A stretch of DNA of 29,328 nucleotides, taken from positions 1 to 29,328 of the forward strand of contig NW_021832817.1 in NCBI RefSeq assembly GCF_006345805.1, given 5' to 3'. This stretch comes from Octopus sinensis (lineage: Eukaryota). Each line of letters begins with the position of its first letter. The stretch's first letter is position 1. Below the pieces are notes generated by a model that ran no database searches, was not told the origin of the DNA, and saw nothing but the letters and a program-made list of their open reading frames with translations. Below are positions 1 to 11,058 of this stretch, in pieces. Made by a program: the position numbers and the translations under genes.

Positions 1-11
1 TATACATATAC

Positions 12-95
<84 letters not shown>
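1..95. repeat. (TA)n microsatellite
   Basis: Near-pure TA dinucleotide run. Confidence 0.97.
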
Positions 96-98
<3 letters not shown>

Positions 99-100
99 TT

Positions 101-300
101 GTGTGTCCGTATTGTGACTCCCACACCATCACTTAACCGATGTTGGTGTGTTTACGTCCCCGTAACTTAACCGTGCGGCAAAAGATGCCGATGGGACAAG
201 TACTAGGCTTACAAAGTATAAGTCCTGGGTGCGATTCGACTGCATGCGATTCGTTCGACTACATGGCCGCAGTCAAATGAAACAAATTTAAAAAATCAAA
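101..300 (+). mobile_element. SINE family C, 3' tail module (diverged)
   Basis: ggtgtgtttacgtccccgtaactt...agtactaggcttacaaag...catggccgcagtcaaatga matches copies at 9027-9216, 17981-18180, 25541-25740 and 27095-27300; directly follows a (TA)n/(TG)n tract. Confidence 0.85.
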
Positions 301-302
301 GA

Positions 303-340
<38 letters not shown>

Positions 341-644
341 TAATTTATATATTTATGTAGATATATATATGCATATATATATATATATATATATATACGC
401 ACACAGACAGTCATACATGAAAGCACGGGCGTTCTTCCAGTTTTTCGTGCATTATCTTAAGCACAACTTGTGAGGGCGTTTGTTGTCTTTACGATGTTTT
501 CCCTTAGGGAATGACCTTACAGGAACCTGGATATCGAGTGAAATAAAAGTAAAAGGCAGCGAACCAATACCAAAATTAATATAAACTATACAAGGCTTAA
601 GAAATCAAAGCAAAGCTGCAATGTTATATTTGTTTGCACAGAGT

Positions 645-762
645 GCATATATATATATATATATATTATAATATATATATCTATATATATATATATATTA
701 TGTTTATGTATGTATGTTGTATGTATGTATGTATATGTATATGTATATGTAATGTATATGTA

Positions 763-804
<42 letters not shown>

Positions 805-1231
805 AGAGAGCGGGAGTGAGTGACAGAGTGAGAGAGATACATATATACATACACGCATATAGGCTGAGGGACAAAGATATATATATTATATATATATATA
901 TATATAATAAATATATATATATATATATATAGATATAATCTATATATACATATATATATATGGATATAAACAGTAACAATATACATATATGCACAAAACA
1001 GATAGATATAAAATATATACTCATGCATACGCGTGTGTATATGTGTATATATCTCAGTGAATGTATATATGCATAAGTACATATATAAATACACTTTATC
1101 TATTTTATTTCTCTCTCTCTCTCCCTATATATATATTATATATATATATATGTGTATGTATGTATGTATATACATTACATATACATAATATATAATATAT
1201 ATATAATATAATATATATATATATATATATA

Positions 1232-1297
<66 letters not shown>

Positions 1298-1298
1298 G

Positions 1299-1329
<31 letters not shown>

Positions 1330-1365
1330 GTACTTACTATACATATATGCATGTATGTATGTATC
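645..1365. repeat. Compound microsatellite block (TA, TATG, GA, TACA)
   Basis: Visible runs; source of the Y/I/H/M-rich spurious ORFs at 634-1452. Confidence 0.95.
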
Positions 1366-1845
1366 AGTTTTTATTTCCTTCTGTTTTATAACATGAGCTG
1401 AACGTGACTGTTTGGAAGTTTGCAATGCAGTTTGCTTATTGGTTGAAAGCAAGAAACTAAATTATGAAATTAAAGTGGCGCTTTAATCAATGGAATTCGT
1501 GACATCGTGAAAGAAGTTCTTCTGCATTCCAACTGATTCTGTATTTCGATCCAGCAACGAACTAATTGGTACAGAGTAGTTTTTAGTCGTATTTGTAATG
1601 ACTGAATCTGGAGAAAACTGGTCGTGAGGAGAAACGTCAAGAATCGTAGTGGATGGCCACAGTAGGAGATGGAAGTGGTGAGATTAATATACAGACCTTG
1701 GGAATTATTTGTAAGCATTTTTAACATCGTTTCTGCCGTCTTTCAATCAATTGAATCTTGATTACACGACTTCCGGACGTGGATGAATAAAATGAAATAA
1801 TTGGGAGGGGTCGACTCTGTTGACTTGTAGTTTACATAAGTAGAA

Positions 1846-1990
1846 TTCATCATCGTCACCGTTAGATCATCATCATCACCATCATCGTCACCATCATCGT
1901 CACCATCATCATCACCATCATCGTCATCATCACCATCGTCGTCATCACCATCGTCGTCATCACCATCGTCATCAGCATCATCACTACCAC
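1846..1990 (+). repeat. Degenerate (CAT)n / (CATCGTCAC)n repeat
   Basis: catcatcgtcacc-type units repeated over about 145 bp. Confidence 0.9.
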
Positions 1991-2024
1991 CTATAGCAGA
2001 AGCTTTTATGCCAGACTGTAGATT

Positions 2025-2130
2025 GAAAGGTAAGTCGACCTCAGGGAATTACCGCTCAGAACATAAAGACGGACGAAATGTTGCTAAGCCTTTAGACCGG
2101 CATACTAAGGATTCTGCCAACTCGTCACTT
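2025..2130 (-). mobile_element. SINE family M head (diverged)
   Basis: Reverse complement aligns to aaggcggcgagctggcagaatcgttagc...gttctgag...gaggtcgact of the copies at 18836 and 20086. Confidence 0.7.
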
Positions 2131-2346
2131 TTATTAACCCAGTGCCGCATTGTGGAAACGAACTTGGAACCACGTTGAGGCGCGTAAATGTATAAGCTGA
2201 TATTTATCATTCAATCTACGTTCTATACTTGAAAATAGTTTCCTTTTCAAGCATAGATTATCCAGGTTTTGGTTATCCAATATATTCATATATTTCAAGA
2301 GATAATGGTATAATTTTAATGAAAATTTGGCTGCTATTTTTTGCAG

Positions 2347-2630
2347 AGGTAGAGGTCACACATATATATTGAATCCGGTCTGTTGGCTGTCATTTCTTTT
2401 CTGCGGGTTCGGTTTTCAACTGCCGCCACCCTCTTCGCCGGTCTGCAGTTGTTTGTGAAGATTGCCTCTCCAGCTGGTTCGGTCGGCTGCGAGATCCTCC
2501 CAGGAATTCGTGTTGATGCCAAGTGCCCGGTCTCTACAGCCACAGGAAGCGTTGCAAAAACTGAATAGACAACTCAACGGACCGATGACAGCATTCATGG
2601 TCGGCCATGACCGACGGAGGCCCAAGAGAA
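2347..2630 (+). mobile_element. 5'-truncated RTE-clade LINE with inverted 5' segment
   Basis: Minus strand 2347-2527 encodes ALGINTNSWEDLAADRTSWR...RTRRKEMTANRPDSIYMCDL. Plus strand 2528-2630 encodes GLYSHRKRCKN*, then a 3' UTR hairpin and an AGA-like tail. An 18-bp TSD at 2329-2346 / 2631-2648 has 2 mismatches. Confidence 0.85.
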
Positions 2631-5138
2631 GGCTGCTATTTCTAGCAGCCCGAGATCCCGCGCACTTCATAAAAGAACCTCTGTTCTGAGTTTGCATATC
2701 TTTTTTAGAAATCATTACTATTTCAAAATTTCAGGAAACTAATTTGACTGGTATGTTTTGGTATCTCTTTCCCTGTTAATTCATTCTTCGTTAGTTACAT
2801 TTTTTTTTTGTGTGTGCTTTTTTGATGAGGTGAAGTTTTCATTTGCAATTATTTATTTCTGTTATATTATATTGGTTTTCTTTTTCTTTCTTTTATCTCT
2901 GTTTATGCATTTCGTATAGATCTGTATACACGAAGCTGTGCATGCGTGAAAATGTAGTTTTTACTTTATACAGACGAATGCGTTGTGTGTTGCGAAGGAT
3001 GGCATCTTTAATCTATTATCAAATGTGATTGCTTCAGGCTTGTTTGATTAGTGTACAGAATACATTACAGCATTCCTTCTAGCATTCACATAGCTTATAG
3101 AATATCTTAAAGATCTACAAGACTTTAATTAGCAAACTAACAACAGTGAACTACGTTTTTTTTATTTTACTTCAATTACAAAAAAGAATCTTTTAGGCTA
3201 TAATATGAATAAGCTATTTCAACACTGTATTACGTGGGCATTATATAAAATAACATGTAAAAAAACAGGAGCTAGCTAAAGGAAAGAAGGAAATAATAAT
3301 TAAAGAATTATACAAGCCAAACAGAAGTTATTAAGGAAATGGTACTTGTGAAACATGTTTAATGAAGCTATGTCACTCTGATTAATATTTAAATGTTTCC
3401 GAAATTCGCATTTAATTAACTCCATCGGAATGTGTCATAGTCAAGAAAATTAATTAGTAATTTATGTATCTAACGTAATTTATGTATCTAACGCAAGGAC
3501 AAGGCCTTAGCTATCCGGCCAAAAGGTTGACCGTTGTACTCTTCATTTATCATTATCGTGAAATTCTGACGTCCATATATGCCTGACCATTGCTACGCAA
3601 ATTAATTGAAGGCAAAACAAGGAATGTAAGTGATAACACCCTGCTTTTGCCAGACCAATGAGAGGTTTTCAACTAATACTGAACCTGCTAAAAGTAATAA
3701 CTAAATTTTGTTCAGATCAAACCCTATCCTTGAAAAGAAATTACTTGTTAGATTAAGAAATTATCAGAAAATATGTCGCGGGTTATAGTTATAGTTCACC
3801 ATAGGTTTCCTGCATCATTGTCTTTCTAAAGCAAACTACCACACTGGCAGTAAGTCAAGTTTATGACAACGAAACGAAAACTGTCATTTTTGACATGTAA
3901 TTGAATAAAGAAATATATAAATGCCTGCACAGAATACATTCAATCGTGTGAAATACCTGCGGCGCTATATACTCTATAGTAACAAAAATCTTAGCCGGGT
4001 AGATAGGCATAGGCAAAATTTAGCAGCTCAAACAATGCTAAGTTAATGTTGGCATATTTAACTGAGGAAGCAAAACGCAAAGCTATCTATAAGAAAGGGA
4101 AAATAATGTCATTAAGCAAACGTTTTCCAAAAGCATTCTAAACCTGGCTACCTCATCATACTCGATGGAGTATTTTATGTTACATTATCTAAGGTATTAA
4201 TGTATTTTTTTAAGAGAGTAGTAAGTGAATTGTAGAAGATTTAGCTGTTATATGTAAGGAACAGGGAAACCATGGAGAGAGCCTCGCTTTCTTTGCAAAT
4301 CACTATGACATTTTAGTGACTTCGATTATAGATATTTCGCTGCATAGCTTCATCACATTTATATAACGCTTCCAAAAGCATTATTCGTTGTTGTACGACA
4401 CACTTAACTTACCATATTGGTAAGTGATCAAATGTGATCAATTTTATTTTCATCGCTTCGGAATCAATAAAATGTACCAATCTAAGATGGTGGATTGGCG
4501 AAACTGTGAGAAGGTCGAACGATACTCTTTTCGGTTCTTAGTGTTCTTTAAAAAAAAAGGCCTTGGGCTTGTTGGTGCAGTTGTGGGCTCACTAGACATG
4601 GGTGTTTGGCGCTGCCGATATCTGAGCAGGAGGACAAAGGTTCGCATTTTTAACACCACCACCGGATTTTGAATGACTTAATTGAGTTTCCCCTGCTACA
4701 AGCATTCTGACATGGTTTACTGCTTGCGGATACCAGTCTCCCTTTGTTCCTTATCTCAGTTTCCGGGGCCCTGTAACTGGTGAATGGTACTGTCTTCTTT
4801 TGTGACCAAAACTAAAAACATCATAAGCTCCAGTGAAGGACCTTTAACACACTCTTTGATAACTTGATTTCATATTAAACTGTCTATGTTAATACGTCTC
4901 ATAATTGAGCAAAAGCAGATGTTTCGACATTTTGATTGGTTGTCAAATTATGCTTTATTGTTTAACATCCAATAATGTTCAGAGCCATTGTTAGTGCTTT
5001 TGATTGATGCGTGGGCTGTAAGGGTTGAAAAGGTGGCAGGCAAATAAATTGTGATGTTTTAAGGAAAAAAAAAACACAAGAACGATATGGATGCAAATAA
5101 GTAAATGTTTTATTTTACCAATTGCTATATCGGAACAA

Positions 5139-5448
5139 GTGGAGGCGCAATGGTCCAGTGGTTAGGGCAGCGGACTCGCGGCCGGAGGATCGCGGTTTCG
5201 ATTCCCAGATTGGGTGTTGTGTGTGTTTATTGAGCGAAAATACCTAAAGCTCCACGAACCTCCGGTAGGGAGTGGTGGCGACCCCTGTTGTAATCTTTCG
5301 CCCCAACTTTCTCCCACTCTTTCTTCCTGTTTCTTGAGTAACGCTGCGATGGACTGGCGTCCCGTCCAGCTGGGGGGAACACATACGCCATAGAAACCGG
5401 GAAACTGGGCCCATGAGCCTGGCTAGGCTTGAAAAGGGCGCATAAAAA
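5139..5448 (+). mobile_element. Full-length tRNA-derived SINE (head A + tail X)
   Basis: A-box TGGTCCAGTGG, B-box GGTTTCGATTCCC, tail gctgcgatggactggcgtcccgtccag...gcataaaaa; 12-bp TSD atatcggaacaa / atattggaacaa (5127-5138, 5449-5460). Confidence 0.9.
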
Positions 5449-5739
5449 ATATTGGAACAAACAATTTTTTAGTTTAGCTTAGAATGTCCGAGATATTCGT
5501 TACTGAGGAGATCAAATAAGGTTGAATCTCCATGTCTGGTGTTCTATGATTTCTACACACAAGCCTCTTTGAAAATGTTTCTCAGAAATAAATTATTACA
5601 GCAAGCGCTAAGGCAGCCATGCAATGAATTTATGTGCATGCGACATATGCACTCATATACACTCAGCCAGAAGACCAAACTGAATAAACAATATTCTTTA
5701 ATAGATTTTGTTTCATCTCATGTACGAAAGATTTCATCC

Positions 5740-5740
<1 letters not shown>

Positions 5741-5793
<53 letters not shown>

Positions 5794-5800
5794 AGAGAGA
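5741..5800. repeat. (GA)n microsatellite
   Basis: GA run. Confidence 0.97.
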
Positions 5801-5934
5801 GAAATTAGTGTATTTTCAACAAAAAATTCAAAATATGAACGAGACGCAGCTATTTTCAGTTCTGGTTGAAAGCAAAAGTGCTGATCTGTCAGCTGAAAAA
5901 CCCTCGGTTCCAGAGAAATAACAGCGATATAATT

Positions 5935-6020
5935 GCGTGCGTGCGTGTGTGTGTGTGTGTGTGGTGTGTGTGTGTGTGTGTGTCTGTGTGTATGTGTGTG
6001 TAAGTGTGTGTGTGTGAATG
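5935..6020. repeat. (GT)n microsatellite
   Basis: GT run. Confidence 0.95.
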
Positions 6021-6406
6021 AGAGTTGATGTTTGCGCTTATTATAGCTTATGTTTGTGTTGTGTGTTGTATTTGTAGTCTTCTATGATCATTTCTGCATA
6101 AAGTTTAATTTTCATTCTATAATTAATAGCAATCCATAAATAGTTGGTATCGCATTATATTCTGACTGTCCTGTGTGGGAGGATCAATGTTTTAATAATG
6201 CTTTAATGTTTTAATTAAGTAGATGACCATATTTTGAAAATTATTCTTTTATGATTTAATCAGTATTTTTATTAGTTTCATATTCTTTTTGTTTAATTAT
6301 CAGGTTTGATTTGTAAATACGCTCGGAGCTGATCGTAGGATATATAACTGTTTGCCTAGTTCATTTGTGTATGGATTGCATGTTTAGTATCGTTCCACTT
6401 ATTCCT

Positions 6407-6748
6407 TATGTGAAGGCGCATGGCTCAGTGGTTAGAGCGTCGAGCTTACGATCGTGAGGTTGTGAGCTCGAATCCCAGACCGGGCTGCATGTTGTGTTCT
6501 TGAGCAAGGCACTTTATTTCACGTTGCTCCAGTTCACTCAGCTGTAGAAATGAGTTGCGACGTCATTGGTGCCAAGCTGTATCGACCTTTGTCTTTCCCT
6601 TGGATAACACTGGTGGCGTAAAGAGGGGAGGCTGTATGCATGGGCGACTGCTGGTCTTCCATAAACAACCTCGCCCGGATTGTGTCTAGGAGGGTAACTT
6701 TCTAGGTGCAATCCCATGGTCTGTGTCGTGACCGAAGAGGGTCTCCGA
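6407..6748 (+). mobile_element. Full-length tRNA-derived SINE with CORE-like centre (head B + tail Z)
   Basis: A-box TGGCTCAGTGG, B-box-like GCTCGAATCC, CORE-like ttgtgttcttgagcaaggcactttat...ccagttcactcagctgtagaaatgag; 10-bp TSD acttattcct (6397-6406, 6749-6758). Confidence 0.88.
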
Positions 6749-6785
6749 ACTTATTCCTGCGTATTCGTTATATATTACTGCTATT

Positions 6786-7160
6786 CCGGTGGAGATACAA
6801 AGGCCCAATGGTTTAGGGCAGCGGACTCGCGGTCGGCGGATCGCAGTTTCGATTCTCAAACTGGGCGTTACGAGTGTTTATTGAGCGAAAACACCTAAAG
6901 CTTGACGAGGCTCCGTCAGGGGATGGTGGCGAACCCTACTGTATTCTTTCATCACAACTTTCTCTCACTCTTTCTGTTTCTATTCTACCTGTATTTCAAA
7001 GGGACGACTTTGTCACACTCTGTGTCGCGCTGAATCTCTCCGAGCACTACCTTAAGGGTACACGTGTCTGTGGAGTTCTCAGCCACTTGCACGTTAATTT
7101 CACGAGCAGGCTGTTCCGTTGATTAACTGAAACCCTCGTCGTCGTAACTGACGGAGTGCC
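6786..7160 (+). mobile_element. Full-length tRNA-derived SINE (head A + tail Y)
   Basis: Head aligns with the 5139 copy; tail (ttgtcacac...cacttgcacgttaatttcac...gacggagtgcc) aligns with 18770-19170; 9-bp TSD actgctatt (6777-6785, 7161-7169). Confidence 0.88.
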
Positions 7161-7371
7161 ACTGCTATTACTGGTTTTAGAAAATGTATGCAGCATCTCT
7201 GCATGTCGTAAAAACTGGGTAAACGTATTGAAGACAAGAAAGATATCTAAATGTAAAGCAATACTCCAAGAAACCTGTCCAATACCTGTATAGAAAAGCT
7301 AACATAAGATAATGATGTTAACGATGATGATAAGGAGAGGAAGAGTAGAAAACATAAGTGTAAGCTTTTAG

Positions 7372-7550
7372 AGGGAGTTTATTTCGTTGATTATATCGAC
7401 CTCAGTAATTGCTTGGTACTTATTTTATCGAAATAGGATCAACGAAACGCAAAATATATCTCAGCAAAATTTCGGCTGAATCTAAACAGAAGAAACCGTA
7501 ATTAACTACTGCAAGGCATTTTTTTATGTTTTACCGATTGTGCAATCCGC
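7372..7550 (-). mobile_element. Highly degenerate family M SINE
   Basis: gattatatcgacctcagt...ggtacttattttatcga is the reverse complement of the family M central block. Confidence 0.55.
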
Positions 7551-8184
7551 ATTTTTTTTTACATCGATCTGTTTCTGTGCAATCGTATTTTTCAGAAATT
7601 GAGGGCTTTAGATCTTTGCTTTTTCTCAAGAAAATAAAAAGTAACCAAGAACAGCGTTCAATCTGTTGAACATTCTTGAAGTATATCAGAATATACACAA
7701 TACGCCCAGATTAATATTCGGTGATGTTTAGAGATATCGTATATTTATTATAATAAAGTAATTTGATATGTATCCCCATTTCTTAGAAAAATTTAATTAT
7801 CGTTTGTTTTCAAGTATATCTAATTGAATTTTTCTGTTCGCCTTTCAGTCTTTTCTTATCAATACACTGCTACAATGGATTGTAAAACTAGGAGAAAATG
7901 TTAACGATATATCAGCTAACTTAAGAGACTATATCAAGTAAAATTATGACCAATCCTGAACGTCATATTGATTCTCTACGTCACTTACAATAATGCACTA
8001 GCAAAAGGATGGAATATAATCGATAAGAATCCAAACTATCGCTATAAAGCATCAACTTCGGTTGGTAGGGTATGCAATAAGGGGACGAAGTAGTTTTAAA
8101 CTTATAGGTCATTCACCAATGGATTTACTTTATGAAACGCTAATGCGACTCCATAGAGATCATGGTCTTAATCAACATCTAAGT

Positions 8185-8281
8185 AACATCTGGGAATTAC
8201 ATCGACTCCAAAGCTCAATGGATACGAAGTGCCGCTGAATAATTTGCCCGGCGTGCAAGTGATTCCGCCAGCTAACTGCCT
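8185..8281 (-). mobile_element. Internally deleted family M SINE
   Basis: Reverse complement aggcagttagctggcggaatcacttgcacgccgggcaaat...gagtcgatgtaatt. Confidence 0.65.
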
Positions 8282-8283
8282 CA

Positions 8284-8563
<280 letters not shown>

Positions 8564-8922
8564 TTGCACGTGAATTATTGCCATTCTGTTTCACAAACAT
8601 TTCCCCGCTTTCAAACAACGGAAAGCATTCATGAAAATAAAAGTAACATTAGAAACACCGATGAAAAAAATATGCTCAAAAACATCAACAATGATTAAAT
8701 ACTGAGACGCTCTTCATTGCTACGCAATGTCGTTATAATTAGAACTATAACGTTTTTTGCGTGATGTTCACGTCCAGCTCGTAAACAGTTTTTAATCCAG
8801 CATTTATCATCGGGAATTTTCTTTATAAATAAAATATATTTAGAGCGACGTTTTCGAAGATGTTTTTGTTTTTCTTGGTTTAAAGACTTTAGTATACGAC
8901 TTAAAACATTATTTTATTATTT

Positions 8923-9021
8923 TATTCTTTTACTTGTTTCAGTCATGTGGCATGCTGGAGTACCGCCTTTAGTCGAGAAAATCGACCGCAGGACTTATTC
9001 TTTGTAAGCCTAGTACTTATT
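8923..9021 (-). mobile_element. Family C SINE tail, distal ~100 bp
   Basis: Reverse complement of 9103-9208 with one small deletion and several substitutions. Confidence 0.9.
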
Positions 9022-9026
9022 TTTTT

Positions 9027-9216
9027 GCCAACATCGCTTGATAACCGATGCTGGTGTGTTTACGTCCCCGTAACTTAGCGGTTCGGCAAAAGAAACCGAT
9101 AGAATAAGTACTAGGCTTACAAAGAATAAGTCCTGGGGTCGATTTGCTCGACTAAAGGCAGTGCTGCAGCATGGCCGCAGTCAAATGACTGAAACAAGTA
9201 AAAGAGTAAAAGAGTA
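9027..9216 (+). mobile_element. Family C SINE tail, well preserved
   Basis: ccaacatcgcttgataaccgatgctggtg...gaaacaagtaaaagagtaaaagagt with (AAAAGAGT)n terminus. Confidence 0.92.
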
Positions 9217-9423
9217 TTAGTTCAATTGTGACTTCCTACCAAAGTAAATGTTATGTCAGGCTCCAAATTTATTTCGAAAGGAAAAACTTCTTACTTACAT
9301 GCAAGGTGTACATTTGTTTTCACTGAACAGTGTTTATGCATTTTGATTATAAATTTAGGTAAGAAGATATGATTTTGCCTCTATCCAAAATGCAAGAAAA
9401 TATTATCAATACAACGATAAGTG

Positions 9424-9446
9424 GGGGACAAACACGGACACACACA

Positions 9447-9477
<31 letters not shown>

Positions 9478-9479
9478 CA

Positions 9480-9550
<71 letters not shown>

Positions 9551-9597
9551 ATATATATATATATAGGCGCAGGAGTGGATGTGTGGTAAGTAGCTTG
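9424..9597. other. Composite fragment (inverted C-tail start + (CA)n(TA)n + C-head start) between 23-bp direct repeats
   Basis: tattatcaatacaacgataagtg occurs at both 9401-9423 and 9598-9620. Confidence 0.85.
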
Positions 9598-10147
9598 TAT
9601 TATCAATACAACGATAAGTGTTGATAACTTAAAATTACAATTGGGAAAAATTGAATATAGAGTTTATATTGGTTATATTCTTATGTCTAATATTTTTTAA
9701 AGAATATTTGTTAATGAACAAAATAAATATGACCATTTTATTGACGTGTCTCAGATGCTAAAAGAGATTATATTTAAGGTAGAAACTGTATTAATTGAAT
9801 AAGTTATTTTCATGTAGCTATAGTAATATGTAAATTTTATTTTCCAATTATATTTTAATGCGAATATTTTTTTTTTAAATAGGCTAAATGTGTAAAGATT
9901 CTAGCTTTAATCCTCGATTTAGTTAACTTGTGATATCGTTCATGCATAGAAATCTGATTAATATATTTGTCTAAAAAAGAAATGAGGAAAATAAATGTTG
10001 ACAACATAATTAATTCCGGTCATAATACTATCGAAAAGCATGGAAATAATTCCAATACTAGAAATTGAATAACTCAGAAAATATTGCTAAAATCCTTAGA
10101 CATTCATTCCTGCTTTTGGATCAATGTTTGATATATTAGACGTTTTT

Positions 10148-10355
10148 AAGGCGGTGAGCTGGCAAAACCGTTAGAACGTCGACCAAAACGATTAGCAGCA
10201 TTTCGAAGTTGACTTTAGGTTCAAATTCCGCCGAGGCTGACTTTGTTTTTCGTCCTCGCGGGCTCGATGAAATACGTATCAGTTAAACAGTGGGATCGTT
10301 GTAATCCACTTACTCCTCCCTCAAAATTGGGGGCCTTGTGCCAAAATTGGAAACC
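10148..10355 (+). mobile_element. Family M SINE (tail type 1), diverged
   Basis: aaggcggtgagctggca head, B-box ggttcaaattcc, tail cctcaaaattgggggccttgtgccaaaattggaaacc. Confidence 0.8.
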
Positions 10356-10364
10356 GTGATATTT

Positions 10365-10655
10365 GGCGACTGTGGCAACGAGATGGCAGAAATGTTAAAG
10401 AGTTGCTAAAAAGGCCATTCATTATTTGTTCCGACTCTTTACGTTCCCCTTTCGAATGCCACCAGAGTCAACTTGTTCCGACTCTTTGCGTTCTCGTTTC
10501 AAATTCCGCTAGAGTCACCTTATTTGTTCTAACTCTTTACGATCTCGTTTCAAATGCCACAAGAGTCAACTTTGCTTTTCATCGTTTAGGTGGTCGAAAA
10601 TTAATTTACTAGTCATATATTGGGAATGATAGTATTAACTACCCCTGCCTTCAAA
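10365..10655 (+). mobile_element. Degenerate family M-like SINE with a triplicated ~50-bp B-box segment
   Basis: Three units ttgttccgactcttt...caaat(g/t)cc...agagtca at 10422, 10473 and 10520, followed by ctttgcttttcatc...ggtcga. Confidence 0.65.
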
Positions 10656-10665
10656 ATTATTGATA

Positions 10666-11058
10666 TCTTTATATATAAAAGTCAAGTTGTGTGTCTGTCT
10701 CCTACGATTTAGATTCCTAACTATTCCCACATTTTGCGGTGCAGTTTAACCAAAACCGGGTATCTTATAGTCGTAATTCATATCGAGCCCTTCTGGGTAT
10801 TAGCGCGCGTCTACGATGAGTCTACGATTTAAAAAAAAATTACCATCATTTTTTCCATTTTAATGCATTTTTTCGCTATTATATAAGGGAAGTAACTCTC
10901 TAAAAATGTCTACGATGAGTCAACGATTTTAAAAAAATTTACCATCATTTTTTTCCATTTTTAATGCATTTTTTGCTATTTTTTGGCTATAACTCTCTAA
11001 AAATGCTTATATAGTTATTTCCCTTACAAACCCGAGCAACGCCGGGCGATACTGCTAG
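10666..11058 (+). mobile_element. Non-autonomous Helitron (393 bp) with an internal ~98-bp tandem duplication
   Basis: Starts A|TC(TTTATATATAAAAG); subterminal hairpin CCCGAGCAACGCCGGG at 11031-11046; ends CTAG|T; no TSD; repeat units at 10809-10907 and 10908-11004. Confidence 0.88.

Noticed and set aside
421-545. Possible very old family C head on the minus strand
   Set aside because: Only scattered short matches; cannot be supported by eye.
634-1452. Numerous long ORFs rich in I/Y/H/M/C/V here and at 8168-8618, 9369-9624, 11700-12443, 13646-14490 and 26744-27168
   Set aside because: They are translations of stop-free microsatellites and carry no domain signal.
1470-1727. 85-aa minus-strand ORF in unique-looking sequence
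   Set aside because: No recognisable motif or convincing splice context in any frame; needs tblastn or RNA-seq.
3458-3493. Perfect 18-bp tandem duplication taatttatgtatctaacg
   Set aside because: Isolated slippage-type duplication with no associated structure.
4424-4790. GC-richer patch with overlapping short ORFs and acceptor-like pyrimidine tracts ending at 4541 and 4759
   Set aside because: No recognisable protein and no coherent exon chain; may be an exon, but this cannot be supported without transcript data.
5141-5212. tRNA-like A/B-box segments in SINE heads
   Set aside because: No complete cloverleaf or acceptor stem, and each continues into a SINE body with TSDs, so they are not tRNA genes.
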